The notes under the pieces are model-generated. The model saw only the letters and a program-made list of their open reading frames with translations, searched no databases and was not told the DNA's origin. Shown piece by piece: positions 50,439 to 62,100 of a stretch of DNA of 64,000 bases; the stretch's first letter is position 1, and the number at the start of each line of letters is the position of its first letter. Both the position numbers and the translations under genes were made by a program. Location: contig JBGATF010000010.1 of the NCBI GenBank assembly GCA_044229355.1, positions 202,321-266,320 of the forward strand. Reading direction: 5' to 3'. The stretch comes from Limisphaerales bacterium (GTDB lineage Bacteria > Verrucomicrobiota > Verrucomicrobiia > Limisphaerales > JADJPG01).

Positions 50439-52034
50439 ATGCTTGCCTGGCCCGTCTATTTATCGTTCATCGGCGTTGCCTGGGTGCTGCTCTTGAAACC
50501 GGACGACGCGGCCGGCGCGCGGCGGGTGGCGCTGTTGTCGGCCGTGGCCGGGCTGGCGTGCGCGCTGGCGGGCGCTTTGCAATACTCGGCGGCGGCGGGT
50601 CTAATCAGCCTCGCCAACGTGCCCTGGGTGCCGGGCCTGGGCATCCGCTATCATCTGGCGGCCGACGGCATCAGTGTGACACTGGTGGTGCTGACCGGGC
50701 TGGCGGCAGTGGTGGGCGTGCTGTTTTCCTGGAATGTTGAGCGCCGGGCGAAGGAGTTCTTTGCGTTCTATCTGGCGCTGATCGCCGGGGTCTACGGCGT
50801 GTTTCTCAGCGTCGATTTGTTTCTGCTCTTTGTGTTCTACGAACTGGCCATTGTCCCCAAGTATTTTCTGATCGCCATCTGGGGATCCACCAATCGGGAA
50901 TACGGGGCGATGAAGCTGGCCCTCTATTCGTTTGTGGGCAGCGCGATGGTGTTGGTCGGGATACTCGCGGCCTTTGTCATGGCGGGGGCCACCACGTTTG
51001 ATCTCACCGAACTGGCGAAGTTTTCCTTCCCGCGGGATTTTCAGATGTGGGCCTTTCCGCTGACGTTTGTCGGTTTCGCGATTCTGGCGGGGTTGTGGCC
51101 GTTTCACACCTGGGCTCCGACGGGCCATGTGGCGGCGCCCACCGCTGCGTCGATGTTGCTGGCGGGCGTCATCATGAAGCTGGGGGCCTATGGGTGTTTG
51201 CGGGTGGCGATGGTCTTGTTTCCGCTGGGGTTGAGTGACTGGACCAGCCCGGTGCTTGGGCTGCATTCGTGGCGGGAGGTGTTTGGGCTGATGGCGGCCA
51301 TCGGCGTGGTCTACGGCGCGACGGTGGCGCTCGTGCAGAAGGATTTCAAATTCGTCATCGGCTATTCCAGCGTGAGCCACATGGGCTTCGTGCTTTTGGG
51401 TTTGATGACCCTGACCACGATCGGCCTGAGCGGCGCGGTGCTGCAGATGTTTTCGCATGGGGTGATCGCCGGACTCCTGTTTGGCGTGGTCGGGCGGATG
51501 GTCTACGAGCGCGCGCACACGCGCGAATTGGAGCAGCTGGAGGGCATGCACCTCGCCCGAAGGATTCCTTTTGCCGCGGTGACCTTCGTGATCGCCGGAT
51601 TGGCGTCGATGGGCCTGCCGGGATTCAGCGGCTTTGTGGCCGAGTTCCAGGTCTTGATTGGCGCGTGGCAGGCGTTCCCGGGCTTTGGGGTGCTGGCGGG
51701 CGCCGGGATTGTGATTGGAGTGGCCTACACGCTGCGTGTGGTGCAGAAGGCGTTTTTCCACGATGCGGCCATGGCTGTCGCCGCCCCCGGTCCGGTGGCA
51801 GCGACGGGCCCGGCTGGCGGCATGGGGGCGGCCGTCCACGCGGCCGGACCTGCGTCGGAGGCGGAGGCGGATCATGAGTTTGCGGAGATCAGCGTCCCGG
51901 AGCGGCTGGGGGCGATTCTGCTGATCGCGACCACGCTGATCATCGGCCTATTCCCGCGGCTGCTGCTGGATCTGATTGCGCCGGCGCTGCACTCACCACT
52001 GTTCGAGAAAGTGGTGAAAGGAGGCGGTCAATGA
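50439..52034 (+). CDS. NuoM-like antiporter subunit (copy 2; paralogous second M)
   Basis: HTWAPTGHVAAPTAASMLLAGVIMKLGAYGCLR is a NuoM-type motif (not the NuoN WxPDxYEGAP). 531 aa with a ~45-aa Ala/Gly-rich insertion near the C-terminus. Confidence 0.75.
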   Translation: MLAWPVYLSFIGVAWVLLLKPDDAAGARRVALLSAVAGLACALAGALQYSAAAGLISLANVPWVPGLGIRYHLAADGISVTLVVLTGLAAVVGVLFSWNVERRAKEFFAFYLALIAGVYGVFLSVDLFLLFVFYELAIVPKYFLIAIWGSTNREYGAMKLALYSFVGSAMVLVGILAAFVMAGATTFDLTELAKFSFPRDFQMWAFPLTFVGFAILAGLWPFHTWAPTGHVAAPTAASMLLAGVIMKLGAYGCLRVAMVLFPLGLSDWTSPVLGLHSWREVFGLMAAIGVVYGATVALVQKDFKFVIGYSSVSHMGFVLLGLMTLTTIGLSGAVLQMFSHGVIAGLLFGVVGRMVYERAHTRELEQLEGMHLARRIPFAAVTFVIAGLASMGLPGFSGFVAEFQVLIGAWQAFPGFGVLAGAGIVIGVAYTLRVVQKAFFHDAAMAVAAPGPVAATGPAGGMGAAVHAAGPASEAEADHEFAEISVPERLGAILLIATTLIIGLFPRLLLDLIAPALHSPLFEKVVKGGGQ

Positions 52035-53533
52035 ATTACACGCAGTTGTTGACCGGGCTTGGTCCGGAGGCGCTGGTTGTGCTGGCGGTGCTGGGCGTGC
52101 TTTTCGTGGATGCCGCCGTGATGCGGGGTGAGACGGTGTCAGCGCGGTTGCGTTGGGCGGCTGGCCTGACGGTGTTCGGTTGTGGAGCGGCGGCGGCCGC
52201 GCTCTATCTGCTGCCTTCCGCAACGCCGCTCGAATTGGGGGGCGGGATGATTGAGATCAATCCACTGACGCAGCTCGTCAAGACCGTCCTGCTGGTGTTG
52301 GCGGCGGCCACGGCGTTGATCTCAATGGATGGGCGGTTCACGCGCCATGTGGGTGAGTATTACGCGCTGCTGCTGCTCGCAACCGTGGGCGCGATGTTCC
52401 TGGTCAGCGCGGGCAATGTCCTGATGATTTTCGTGTCGCTGGAGTTGCTGAGCCTGTCGCTTTATGTGCTGACCGCGTTCAATAAAGCGGATGTCCGCGC
52501 GGCGGAATCGGCCTTGAAATATTTTTTGTTTGGCGGCATCTCCGCGGCGTTTTTGCTGTTTGGGTTGAGCCTGTTTTATGGGCTGACCGGAACGCTTTCC
52601 TTGCGGGAGATGGCGCCCCGCCTGGCCGGCTCGGCCGGGGATCCGCTGGTGGTGATGGCGACCTTGATGGTGTTCATCGGTTTCGGCTTCAAGGTGGCGG
52701 CGGTGCCGTTTCACCTGTGGGCGCCGGATGCGTATCAGGGCGCTCCCTTGCCGAGCGCGGCTTACATCGCATCGGCGTCGAAGGTGGCGAGCTTCTATGT
52801 GCTGGCGCGGTTGCTGATGACGGGCTTGAACGGAGTCGAAGGCAGCGGGGGCTGGCATGGCTTCAACGCCGGCTGGGTGCCGGTGCTGGCGGTCGGAGCC
52901 GCGCTTTCGGTGGTCGTCGGCAATCTGGCGGCGATTGCGCAGGGCAGCGTTCGCCGCTTGCTGGCCTATTCCGCGGTGGCGCATTCCGGTTACATGTTGA
53001 TTGGTGTCCTCGCGGGCCACAAATCCGATGGGCTGGCCTCGTTGCTTTACTATGTCACGACCTACGCGGTCACGGCCGTGGGGACGTTCGCGGTTGTTGG
53101 GTTGGTGCAGTCCCGGTCGGGAGACGATCATCTCTCGGCGTTCGCCGGATTGCGGCATCGCTCCCCGCTGCTTTCGGTCTGCCTGATGGTCTTTTTGTTG
53201 TCCATGGCGGGGATCCCGCCGCTGGCCGGTTTCTTTGGCAAATTTTACCTCTTCAAGGCGGCCCTGTTTGAATCGGGGACGACGCAACAGACGACGTTGC
53301 TCTGGCTGGTGGTTCTGGCGATCGCGATGAGCGCCGTGTCGCTGTATTACTACCTTCAGGTTTTGAAGCAGGTTTTCGTCGTCGATCCGCCCCCGGGCGA
53401 GCCCAAAGTGCAGGCGGACCCGTTAACGCATTGGGTCATCGGGTTGGCGGGTCTGGCGGTCGTGGTGCTCGGTTGCCTGCCGGACCTGCTGCTGTCTCCG
53501 TTGGCGCTCGCGATAAAAGCTGCGGGGCTGTAG
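52031..53533 (+). CDS. nuoN: NADH-quinone oxidoreductase subunit N
   Basis: HLWAPDAYQGAPLPSAAYIASASKVASF is the NuoN/ND2 signature. Overlaps the previous stop (ATGA). Confidence 0.85.
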   Translation: MNYTQLLTGLGPEALVVLAVLGVLFVDAAVMRGETVSARLRWAAGLTVFGCGAAAAALYLLPSATPLELGGGMIEINPLTQLVKTVLLVLAAATALISMDGRFTRHVGEYYALLLLATVGAMFLVSAGNVLMIFVSLELLSLSLYVLTAFNKADVRAAESALKYFLFGGISAAFLLFGLSLFYGLTGTLSLREMAPRLAGSAGDPLVVMATLMVFIGFGFKVAAVPFHLWAPDAYQGAPLPSAAYIASASKVASFYVLARLLMTGLNGVEGSGGWHGFNAGWVPVLAVGAALSVVVGNLAAIAQGSVRRLLAYSAVAHSGYMLIGVLAGHKSDGLASLLYYVTTYAVTAVGTFAVVGLVQSRSGDDHLSAFAGLRHRSPLLSVCLMVFLLSMAGIPPLAGFFGKFYLFKAALFESGTTQQTTLLWLVVLAIAMSAVSLYYYLQVLKQVFVVDPPPGEPKVQADPLTHWVIGLAGLAVVVLGCLPDLLLSPLALAIKAAGL

Positions 53534-53555
53534 TCGCCGGCGCGGCGACTTTTTC
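53533..53555 (+). terminator. intrinsic terminator after nuoN
   Basis: gtcgccg-gcg-cggcgac hairpin (53533-53549) immediately followed by ttttt (53550-53554). Confidence 0.6.
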
Positions 53556-53692
53556 CGGGACGCGGCGGGCAGAGAGGCGTTTCCGGAGGGGCTGTCCCTC
53601 GAGGGCCCCGAGACCTCCCACATGGGCGTGCGATTGCCGAGTCCGACAATCCGCCATCGGAAATCAAAAATCGCATATCCCCCCTGGTTCGT

Positions 53693-53731
53693 AAAAAGAA
53701 CTGCCCCGTCGCGTTTGGGCGGACGGGGCAG
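53693..53731 (-). terminator. probable intrinsic terminator for the porin gene (minus strand)
   Basis: Stem ctgccccgtc / gacggggcag (53701-53710 / 53722-53731) with an 11-nt loop. On the minus strand it is followed by a U-run (plus-strand aaaaagaa at 53693-53700). Confidence 0.45.
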
Positions 53732-53769
53732 TTCGGGAACCCGCCGGGCGATTGGCCCGGCATTGAGAA

Positions 53770-55101
53770 TTAGAATCTTAACGAAGCATCGACCTGGAGA
53801 CGGCTCATGTCGCTATTCGATCCGGCCGGGGTCTCATTGATGTTGAACGCCCGGAAGTAGCTAACCGTAAGGGTGAGCGCATCGGTGGGTGAGTAAGAGG
53901 CCTTGACCACATGGCCTCGCACGTTGGTCCCGGCGACGTAGCCGCTGAGGCCGGAGTTGGGATAGGCGGCTTCGTTGAAGGCTCCCCAGTCGGAGTCGGT
54001 CATCTCCTCGTACCACATGTCGCCGCCCATGTATTTGTAGCGGTAGGTGAGGTCCCAGAGTCCGCGCTTGCCGGACTTGCCGAGGGTCAGGCCGACGTCC
54101 CACCCGATATTCCGCTCGTCGGCGGCGACATTGTTGACGTAATCGCCGAAGAGTTTGATGGGGAAGGCGGCGTTGTAGAGGGGAAACGACTCGAGGGTGT
54201 AGGTGAGGGCGGCGTCGAGGATAACCGGGTTGAAATTAACGGCGGGAGCCGTGCTGGCCTTCCGCGTGTTGCCGCCATTGACATTGGGGACATTCGCCGA
54301 GATGAGGTTCTCGTCGTTGGCGATGGAGAGCATGGCGGCGCCGAGCGAAGAGGAGAATTGCTGGCTCCAGCGGGCGTCCCAGCGGATCTGTGCGCCAACC
54401 AGGAACGGGTCTTGGGCGTCGGTGGCCAGTTCGTCCAGCACGAACGCGCCCCCATTGAACTTGAGGGAGTGGTTGTCGTTCGCCCGATAGGTCAGGTTGA
54501 GACCGCCGCCTTCCGGCGTGTAGTCATTGTCGAAAATCATGTCGGAGACCGTGAACGGGTTCTCCATTTTGCCGATGGTGACCGAGCCGCTGAGTTCCTT
54601 GCTGTTGAGGAACGCCCATTTGCCGTAGGCGAGATCGATGTAGACGAACTTCTTCGCCGCGTTGTCGCGCAGCGTGGTATTGCCGGAAATGGGATCGCCG
54701 CCAAATGATCCCGAAGGATCGCTAGACGTCAGGCGGAAGCCGACTTCAAAATTGTCCTTGATGGTGGCGACAGCTCCGACGCGGAGGCGATAGCGCCAGC
54801 GATTGCGTTGGATGAAGGCATCATTGTCGGAAAAGAAACTCTCGAATCGTCCGCGAAAATCGCCGTTCAGCTTGAGAGCCGTGACCCAGTCCAGCATGCC
54901 ACTTCGGACCTGGTAGGACTTCTGAAACCCTTTGTCGGTTTCGGTTTTGAGGTCGTTGGCCTCCTTGGCGGTGAGCACGCCCTTGTCGACGAGTTTGTTG
55001 AGCAAGGCGTCGGCAGACTGGGCCGCAGCCTCGGTCCCCGCCAGGGCGGTGGCGGCCAGGCCCGCAGCGATGGCGGCGGGCTTGAGATCGATAGTTTTCA
55101 T
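53770..55101 (-). CDS. putative outer-membrane beta-barrel porin
   Basis: Likely start MKTIDLKPAAIAAGLAATALAGTEAAAQ (signal). N-terminal coiled-coil/periplasmic segment, then alternating-hydrophobic beta strands. The C-terminal ...RLQVDASLRF ends in Phe, typical of OMPs. Confidence 0.55.
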   Translation of the reverse strand: MKTIDLKPAAIAAGLAATALAGTEAAAQSADALLNKLVDKGVLTAKEANDLKTETDKGFQKSYQVRSGMLDWVTALKLNGDFRGRFESFFSDNDAFIQRNRWRYRLRVGAVATIKDNFEVGFRLTSSDPSGSFGGDPISGNTTLRDNAAKKFVYIDLAYGKWAFLNSKELSGSVTIGKMENPFTVSDMIFDNDYTPEGGGLNLTYRANDNHSLKFNGGAFVLDELATDAQDPFLVGAQIRWDARWSQQFSSSLGAAMLSIANDENLISANVPNVNGGNTRKASTAPAVNFNPVILDAALTYTLESFPLYNAAFPIKLFGDYVNNVAADERNIGWDVGLTLGKSGKRGLWDLTYRYKYMGGDMWYEEMTDSDWGAFNEAAYPNSGLSGYVAGTNVRGHVVKASYSPTDALTLTVSYFRAFNINETPAGSNSDMSRLQVDASLRF

Positions 55102-55244
55102 GATGGTGTCAGACAATCGGAACATTTGGAGTTCGTGAGGAGGCTAGGAGCCGTTCGTTACGGGTGTGCGGCGCAATTGTTACGAATGCGTGAACTGTGG
55201 GCCGGCGCCTCGACAAGCCCCGGGTGGGCAGCGAGGGGCGCGGT

Positions 55245-55901
55245 CTACTTCAGCGTTTTGATGAATTCGTCCGCCTTGGCGATCGAGGAGTTCATCTGGC
55301 TGATGAGCTTGGAGATTTCTCCCTGAATGTTGGTGGCCTCGCCCTTGAGCGAGGCGATCGCCTGTGCGTTGAGGTTGTGCTTGAGATAAAGCACGTGGTC
55401 TTTGAACTGGGTCAAAACGGGCGTCATGCTGCGGGCGGCCTCATTCAACGCGGCGCTGAGGCCGCGATAGCGTTCCCGCGTGGCGGCCAGTTGTTGCCGA
55501 CTGCCCTGCTGCAGAGCCGGCGTCGACATTTGCGCGATTTCCTGTTCCCACTCCGCGAAGAGATCCGACGCCACGGTTTCCATGTCCTTGATCCGCTTGC
55601 GCACGCCGTCGGCGCGGGCCGCGCAGTCGTCATACTCCGCCTGCAGCGCGTTGTAGGATTTTTCGAGTTGGCCTCCGTCAAACGCATAGAGCTGCTTCAG
55701 CTTGGTCATCGCGTCCTTGAATTCCTCGCCCGCCGCCTTCTGTTCGTCGCGGGCTTTCTCGACCCTCTCCTTGAGGATGTCGCGCTTGTGGACTCCGAAT
55801 TTTTCCCAGGCGGCGTAGTAGGTCGAGCGGCAACCGATGGAGAGGACGACACAAGAGGCAAGGCAGACCAAATGGATTACAGTGCGAGGGAGTCGAGTCA
55901 T
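55245..55901 (-). CDS. DUF2959-like lipoprotein (helical, coiled-coil)
   Basis: Lipobox VLSIG|C after a hydrophobic N-terminus (MTRLPRTVIHLVCLASCVVLSIGC). The rest is predicted helical with heptad-like spacing. Family assignment is from memory, low certainty. Confidence 0.45.
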   Translation of the reverse strand: MTRLPRTVIHLVCLASCVVLSIGCRSTYYAAWEKFGVHKRDILKERVEKARDEQKAAGEEFKDAMTKLKQLYAFDGGQLEKSYNALQAEYDDCAARADGVRKRIKDMETVASDLFAEWEQEIAQMSTPALQQGSRQQLAATRERYRGLSAALNEAARSMTPVLTQFKDHVLYLKHNLNAQAIASLKGEATNIQGEISKLISQMNSSIAKADEFIKTLK

Positions 55902-56066
55902 GGCGGCAGGTTAGGCAGCTGGAGTTGGAAATCAACCCTGGAGAGTTTTGCGAGAGTTTTGCGCCGCGTCGCGGCCCCAGCGCCTCCAGCCGTCCGGGCG
56001 CCGGCCACCTCCAGGGCGTCCCGAATTCTTCACCGGGGGATGTGCGCGGCGTTGCGCGCCCATCGC

Positions 56067-56097
56067 CCGACAGACAAAAGGCGCTGGTGCCAGGCAC
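56067..56097 (-). terminator. intrinsic terminator downstream of the giant LTD/CotH gene (minus strand)
   Basis: Perfect 12-bp inverted repeat ggcgctggtgcc-a-ggcaccagcgcc (56073-56097). On the minus strand it is followed by UUUUGUCUG (plus-strand cagacaaaa 56064-56072). Confidence 0.55.
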
Positions 56098-56136
56098 CAG
56101 CGCCTTGGAGAGTCCTCCTGGCTTCGAGGCCGGGCC

Positions 56137-59100
56137 CTATTCCAGAAGCAGCACGATTCGGTAGAACCGGCGCGCGGTCCAGGTGTTGTCGGTTAACTGC
56201 TCGATGCGGTCGACGCTTTGGGCCACCACGCCGCCGAGGCGGTTCCACTGGCCGGCCGCGAGATCGTCGGTGTACTGGACGATGTAACTTCGGTTGGCCA
56301 CAGCGGCGACCTTGATGATGGCGGTCCCGGGGGTCGTGGCCTGTTCCACCTTGAGGTAGCTGAGCGGGTTGTTCGGATCCGTGCCCGCCACGTATTCCTC
56401 GACGTTGGTCATGGTGTCGTGATCGAGGTCACCGGCGGCGTCGCTCGCGTCGCTCGGATTTAGTCCGAGGGCAGTCTCAACGGCGTCAGGAATGCCATCG
56501 CCGTCGGAGTCGGCCACCGTCGTGATCGTTGCGGTGGCGGAGGCCAGGCCCGGGGCCGAGTTGGCGATGTTCTTGACCACGGCCCGGTAGGCGGCGGTGC
56601 CGGGCGTGGCCGTCGCCCGGACGGTCACGACGTCGTTGGTGTCATAGGTCACGGTGGTGAGGATCGGAGTCGACCCGCGGCGCCATTCGTTGGTGAACGG
56701 AGGCGGGAAGCCATAATAGCTGAAGCCGAGCGTGAAGAGCGCGCCGACCGGCACGGTCTGCGGCGCGGGCTGAATGCCCGCGACGGGCCGGACCATCGGA
56801 TACAACGTGGCCGCGAGGCTCTCCACGGTGTCAATCGGATCCGCGGCGGTGCAATGGAACTGCCCGTAATTGCCGCGGGTGACACCGACGACCGTGTAGC
56901 TCGCGTTGGTGGCGTTGGCAATGGGCGCTCCGTTAAAATACCACTGATAGCGAATCGGGAACTGGCCGGGGCTGACGGCGCCGGCCGTGAACGTGACGTT
57001 CGTGGTCGGGGCAGCGAGCGGGTCGGGACGGACCAGGACCTTAACATCCGCGGGGTGGCTGACGAAGGCGGGCGGATAGAAGATCGACAGCGTCGCCTCG
57101 CTGCTGACGGTGCTGCCGCCGGAGTTGAAGACCACGCAGCTGTAGCGGCCGGACTGGTCCGGACGCAGCTTGGCGAGGGTCAGCGTGGCGCCGTTGGCGC
57201 CGTAGATATTCTGGCCATTGAATCGCCATTGATAAAAGAACGGGCTCGTGCCGTTGACTCCCACCGAGAACGACGCCGAGCGTCCGACGACGCCGGTGGT
57301 GTCGGTGGGTTGAGCAGCGACGGTTGGCGCGACGCCGCCTGGGACAAAAGGCGCACCGGCAGACGGACCGACCGCAGTCCAGTTGGTCGGGTCGTTGCCG
57401 TAGGCGGCGATGCTCAGGCGCTGGAGCGACGGCCCGATGCCATCGGCAGCGGCAGGCCAGGGCAGGGCGCTGGAATAGTCGACGGCGTCGACCAGGATGT
57501 AGGGGACGGTTCCGTCGAGATCGGGCGCGTCCGGCCGATAGAGGCGGAGAGAATCCCGACCATTGGCGAGATTTCCAGAGAACGGCCCGAAGAGCGGAAC
57601 GCTCGCCGGCACATTGAAGCGGCTGCGAAATCCGCTGGTGGCAGGTCCGTAAGCGGGGTTGAAGTTGACCAGCAGGACGTAGCCATTGGCGGGAAGCGTG
57701 ATGTTCCCGGGAAGATCGAGATCAACGCCGCCGCGGATACGCCAAGCGTTTTGGGGATTGGCCGGATCAAAGAGCGCGACCGGCGTGCCCGTGGTGTTGG
57801 CCAACTCGACGTATTCATCCACATTGTTGTCCACGCCGCCCGGCAGGTCGATCGGACGATAGTTGATTTCGCTGATCACCACGGTCCCGACCTTGGGACC
57901 TGCGTTGGGTCCGCCCAGCGTCGTGGTGGTTTGGGCGACAAAATGGATGTTTGTTTCGCTGTTCACATAGCGGCCGAACGACACGCCATTGGCTGCCGCC
58001 TCGAAGCTGTAGCCGTCGAAGTAGCCTGTGATCCCGGTGCCGTCGCCGGCGAAGACATAAACTTCATCTCCATTGGAGCTGAGGGAAAAGGCGGTCGGCG
58101 ATCCGGGCGCGTTGAAGTCCGCCTCGGTGAACACGGCATAGGCGCCGGCCGCAATCGTGCGGCCGTCCGGGATGCGGTATTTTCGAGGATAGCCGAGATC
58201 GTCGGAAAGGAACCAGCCGCCGATGTTCACCGTCTCGCTGTTGGGGTTGTACAGCTCGATCTGATCGACCGTCGGCAGATCGGTGTGAGTCAGGATCTCG
58301 GTGATGAGAATCGGGAGAACGGGCGGCGCGGCCGACGGGTCGGCCTGGGCAGGCGAGCCGAGATCGTGGAAGCTGGGGCGCCAGCTGGCTTTCAGATCCC
58401 AGGAATCCCAAGGGGCGGCGTCGTCCACAATGACGAGGGCGGCGCCGGGCCCGTCGGTGGAGGGATACCATGAGTTGTTGAAGGTGAAGTCCATGACCTT
58501 CTCGCCGACGGCGTCGTCGAGCTGGATGTTTTCGCCACTGTTATCGAGAGAGCCGATGTATTGGCCGGCGACGGGCAGGCTGCTGCCGTAGCGGGAGTTG
58601 AAGGCGGCGCTGTTGCGCACGACGAGGACATAGGCGCCGGGCGCGAGCGAGGTGATCGCGCTGCCGGTGAACGAGAACTCAACTCCGGCCGTGAAGCGAA
58701 CGCCGCTCAGGTCCAGCGTCGAGGGCCCGGTATTGCGGAGTTCGATGTATTCGTAATCTTCCGCGTCATAGGCCGGCGAGGCGCCGGGGGCTGCCTTGGC
58801 GGGGTGATACATGATTTCCGTGACCCGCAGGTATTGCTGGGCCGGGCTGGGGTTGCCGGAGTAGGTGTTGGTCGTGACGATGCGACCGACTTTGTCGCTC
58901 AGCACGACGGTCTCGCCGCGGGCGGAGAGCTGGCCTTTGTAGGGGCCCTCGATGTAGAGACTCATGCCGCCGCGGGGCGCGGTGGCGCGACTGCGGAAGG
59001 CCTTCTTGTTGGCGACCACGTACAGGCGGTTGGTCGGGGCTCCGCCGCGGGGGATGACGACGCCGCCCTGGAAGGTGTGCTCGACCGCGCCGGACAACTT

Positions 59101-62100
59101 CCAGCCGGAGATGTCGACGGCAATGTTGTTGGTGTTGATGAGCTCGATGTATTCCTCCTGCTGGTTGCCGGAAGACGGTTGGTAATCGAAGCTGCCGACC
59201 AGGATTGTGACATTGGTGGGCTGCGCGTCGGGGAATTCGGTCGGGATGCCCATCTTTCGATCGAAGATGAACGCTCGGCGACGCGGCATGTAATTGGTCC
59301 GCATCTCGTCGAGCGACTGGGCCATGGACTGATAATAAACGCTGGTCGTGGGGATCGGGCCGACGGCGGCGGTGCTGCCGTCACCCCAAGTGCCCCACCT
59401 GGCAAGATCGAGCGCTGCGTCTGGAGCGATCTTTGGATACCACTCATCGATGGCCGCCTCGAAGTACAGAGCCGACGCCGGCGTGCCATTGGTCTGCATC
59501 AACTCGTCCATGATGGTGCGCACCCGGCGAAGGTACATCTGGCGGGTGGCGTCGATGCCACGGCCGAGGGGCATGTTCAGAACAACCTGGAAGAATCCGT
59601 TGTTGTCCCAGTTGCCCCAAATCCGGTTCTCCGGATACACGGTGGGATCCCAGTAACTCATGGTCCCGTGCCAGTTGCGGCCGAACGACAGGTCGATGTC
59701 CCAGGGGAAGGACTGCCATTCGCCGGTGCCTTCGGTGTCCTGGTAAAGGTAGTAATTCTTGTGGCAGCAGTCCCAGTCGCTGGTGACCGAGCGGGCGGCG
59801 AGGGAGTTGAGCACCTCCGCGACGTCGACGTTGTCATACATGTAACGCACCCGATTGGTGAGCGCGCCCTCGAGGATCATGCCATTCATCAGCCGGACCA
59901 GGTCGCTGTTGCCCTCCTCCTTGCGGGTTTTCTTTTCGGAGTTGGGGTCGGAGCCGATGGTGGTGTTGCCGATGGCGGTGAACGTATTGTAGACCTTGTA
60001 GAGCGCGCCGCGGGGATCCCGGCCAATCCGCTTCAAGTAGGCCGCGTCGCCGTTTTCGACCATGTGCCAGTCGCCGTAAAAATTGCCGTTGGTCTGGACG
60101 CGAACCGGGACGACGTAGTGATACGGAGAGCCGGCGGGCTTGAAGGTGTATTCATACGCCAGGACGTTGCGGATGTGCGCCTTGTCGGGGTAGGTGGTCA
60201 GCAGGTTGACGTCGTCCACGCGCGGAATGCCGGGGCCGGGATTGAAGTGGTGATCGCCGTTAAAGTCGATGTCGTAGCTCTTCTTGGGGAAGCCGGAGCT
60301 GGACTGGCCGTGGCGGTTGATGCCGATGTTGTCGTAGAACTCGCCCAGATAGTAAATCGAGCAGGGAGCACGGACCGTCGAGTTGCCATTGGCGGAGGTC
60401 AGGTTCGCCGGGGTGATGAAGAGATGGAGAACCGGCAGCGGATTGGTGAGCGACGGATTCTGGACGACCGTGCCGAAATATTGTGACGACTGGGTGGGGT
60501 CGCTGAATCGCGGCTCGCGGGTCGAGTTACCCTGGGTGTCCGCAGCCACGATGTAGTACCGAATCATCTCTCCAAAGGTGGAGAGCTGGTGCGGGATTGA
60601 CGCGCCATAGATTCCGTCGCCGGGCAGTGTGTCGCCATGGAGGCCGTCGTCAAACATCGGCACGTTGGCCTCGCTGCCGAACATGACCCGGTAGTAGAGC
60701 TGGATGTTGGTGGCGGTGTTAAAGGTCGGCGTGATCCGGGCGGTCACGACAAGGTCATCCGTGTCGAGCGGGTCGGTGGGCGCGTGCTCGATGCGGGAGA
60801 TAATCGGGCCAAGCGTCGCTGTGCCGGGCCCGTTGGCCGAACCCGGAGTTGGCAGGAGGAAATAGTTCCGGGAGTTGGGGTCGAGCGCCACGATCGTCGC
60901 CTCAAGTTGCGGGGCGATGAGAAAATCGCCGTCGGTGGTCGAACTGTTCAGACCCTGGATGGCAAGGACGTTGACGCCGTTGTGCAGCAAGTCGAGGACC
61001 CGAGTGAGGTCAATCAGCTCGGACTGGACGGCATCCGAATCCGACCGCACGCCGTCGGCGGTCGAATTCCAGATGGCCGGGTCGGGCGCGTGACGGGAGA
61101 CGAGCGGGCTGCCGTTGAGGTAGGCGGCGAAGCCGTCGTCGTAGCGCAGGTTCAGGCGCAGGCCGACGATGGCGGCGGCGTTGCTGACCGTAAAGGGAAT
61201 GCGCAGGTAGGCCGAGGAATTGATGTTCGTCATCAAGGTGCCCACATCCGTTTGGAATTGATTGGCCAGGGTGGTGGCGCCCCGGATGATGGCTGAAAAA
61301 TAGGTCTCGTCACCGACGATATCCGTGCCGGGTTCAAGGACGAAGTCGATGGTGTCTCCGGCCTGGACCGTGAAATTGAGGGTCTTGGTCTGGCCGTTGG
61401 TGTTGTTGCCGGTCAGGGTCAACGTGTCGCGCGAGGCGTTGTTCTGGAAGACGCGACCGGTCACGCCACCGCCGGTTGGGTCCTTCTTCGCGAGCCGCCA
61501 CTCAATTGAGATGGGGCCGGAGATCTCGCTGACCCACCGGCGGATGACCTGGTGCTCGAGCCCGTTCGTGGTGGCGGTGGGATAGATGCTGGGCCGCCAC
61601 GAATCCTTCGCGATCATGTCGAATGGCGGCTCGCCGGAGAACCAGCGCCAGACCGCGCCATCCCAGAAGTTCGCGCGGCTGTGCGGGCCGGTGCCGGACG
61701 GAAACGCGTTGAAGCGGGAGGCGGAGTAGGTCAGGGACGAGTTCGTCTTAATCCAGAATCCATACGACCAGTTGTTGAAGCCCTGCACGCCGGAGTCCGA
61801 CCAATCCGCCATCGAGTCCGCCACGACCGTGGAGTCGAGCGGGTCGGCGGTGGAGTTATTTTCAAAGCCCACGGCGGCGTTGACCGGGGCCCAGGCGCTG
61901 TCGTCGAAACCCGGGGCAATCCAGTCCGCTGCCAGGTTGCCGTTGAGCGGGACAGTGAATCGGCTGGCGCTGGCCGGAGTGACGAGAGCGATCTGCGATT
62001 GGACGGTGGCGATGCCGTAGGAGATGTCCGCGGCCTGGAGCGGATAGCGTGGGGCCACGGCCGACACGATGGTCAACCCGTCGGGCTTGACCAGGGCCAG

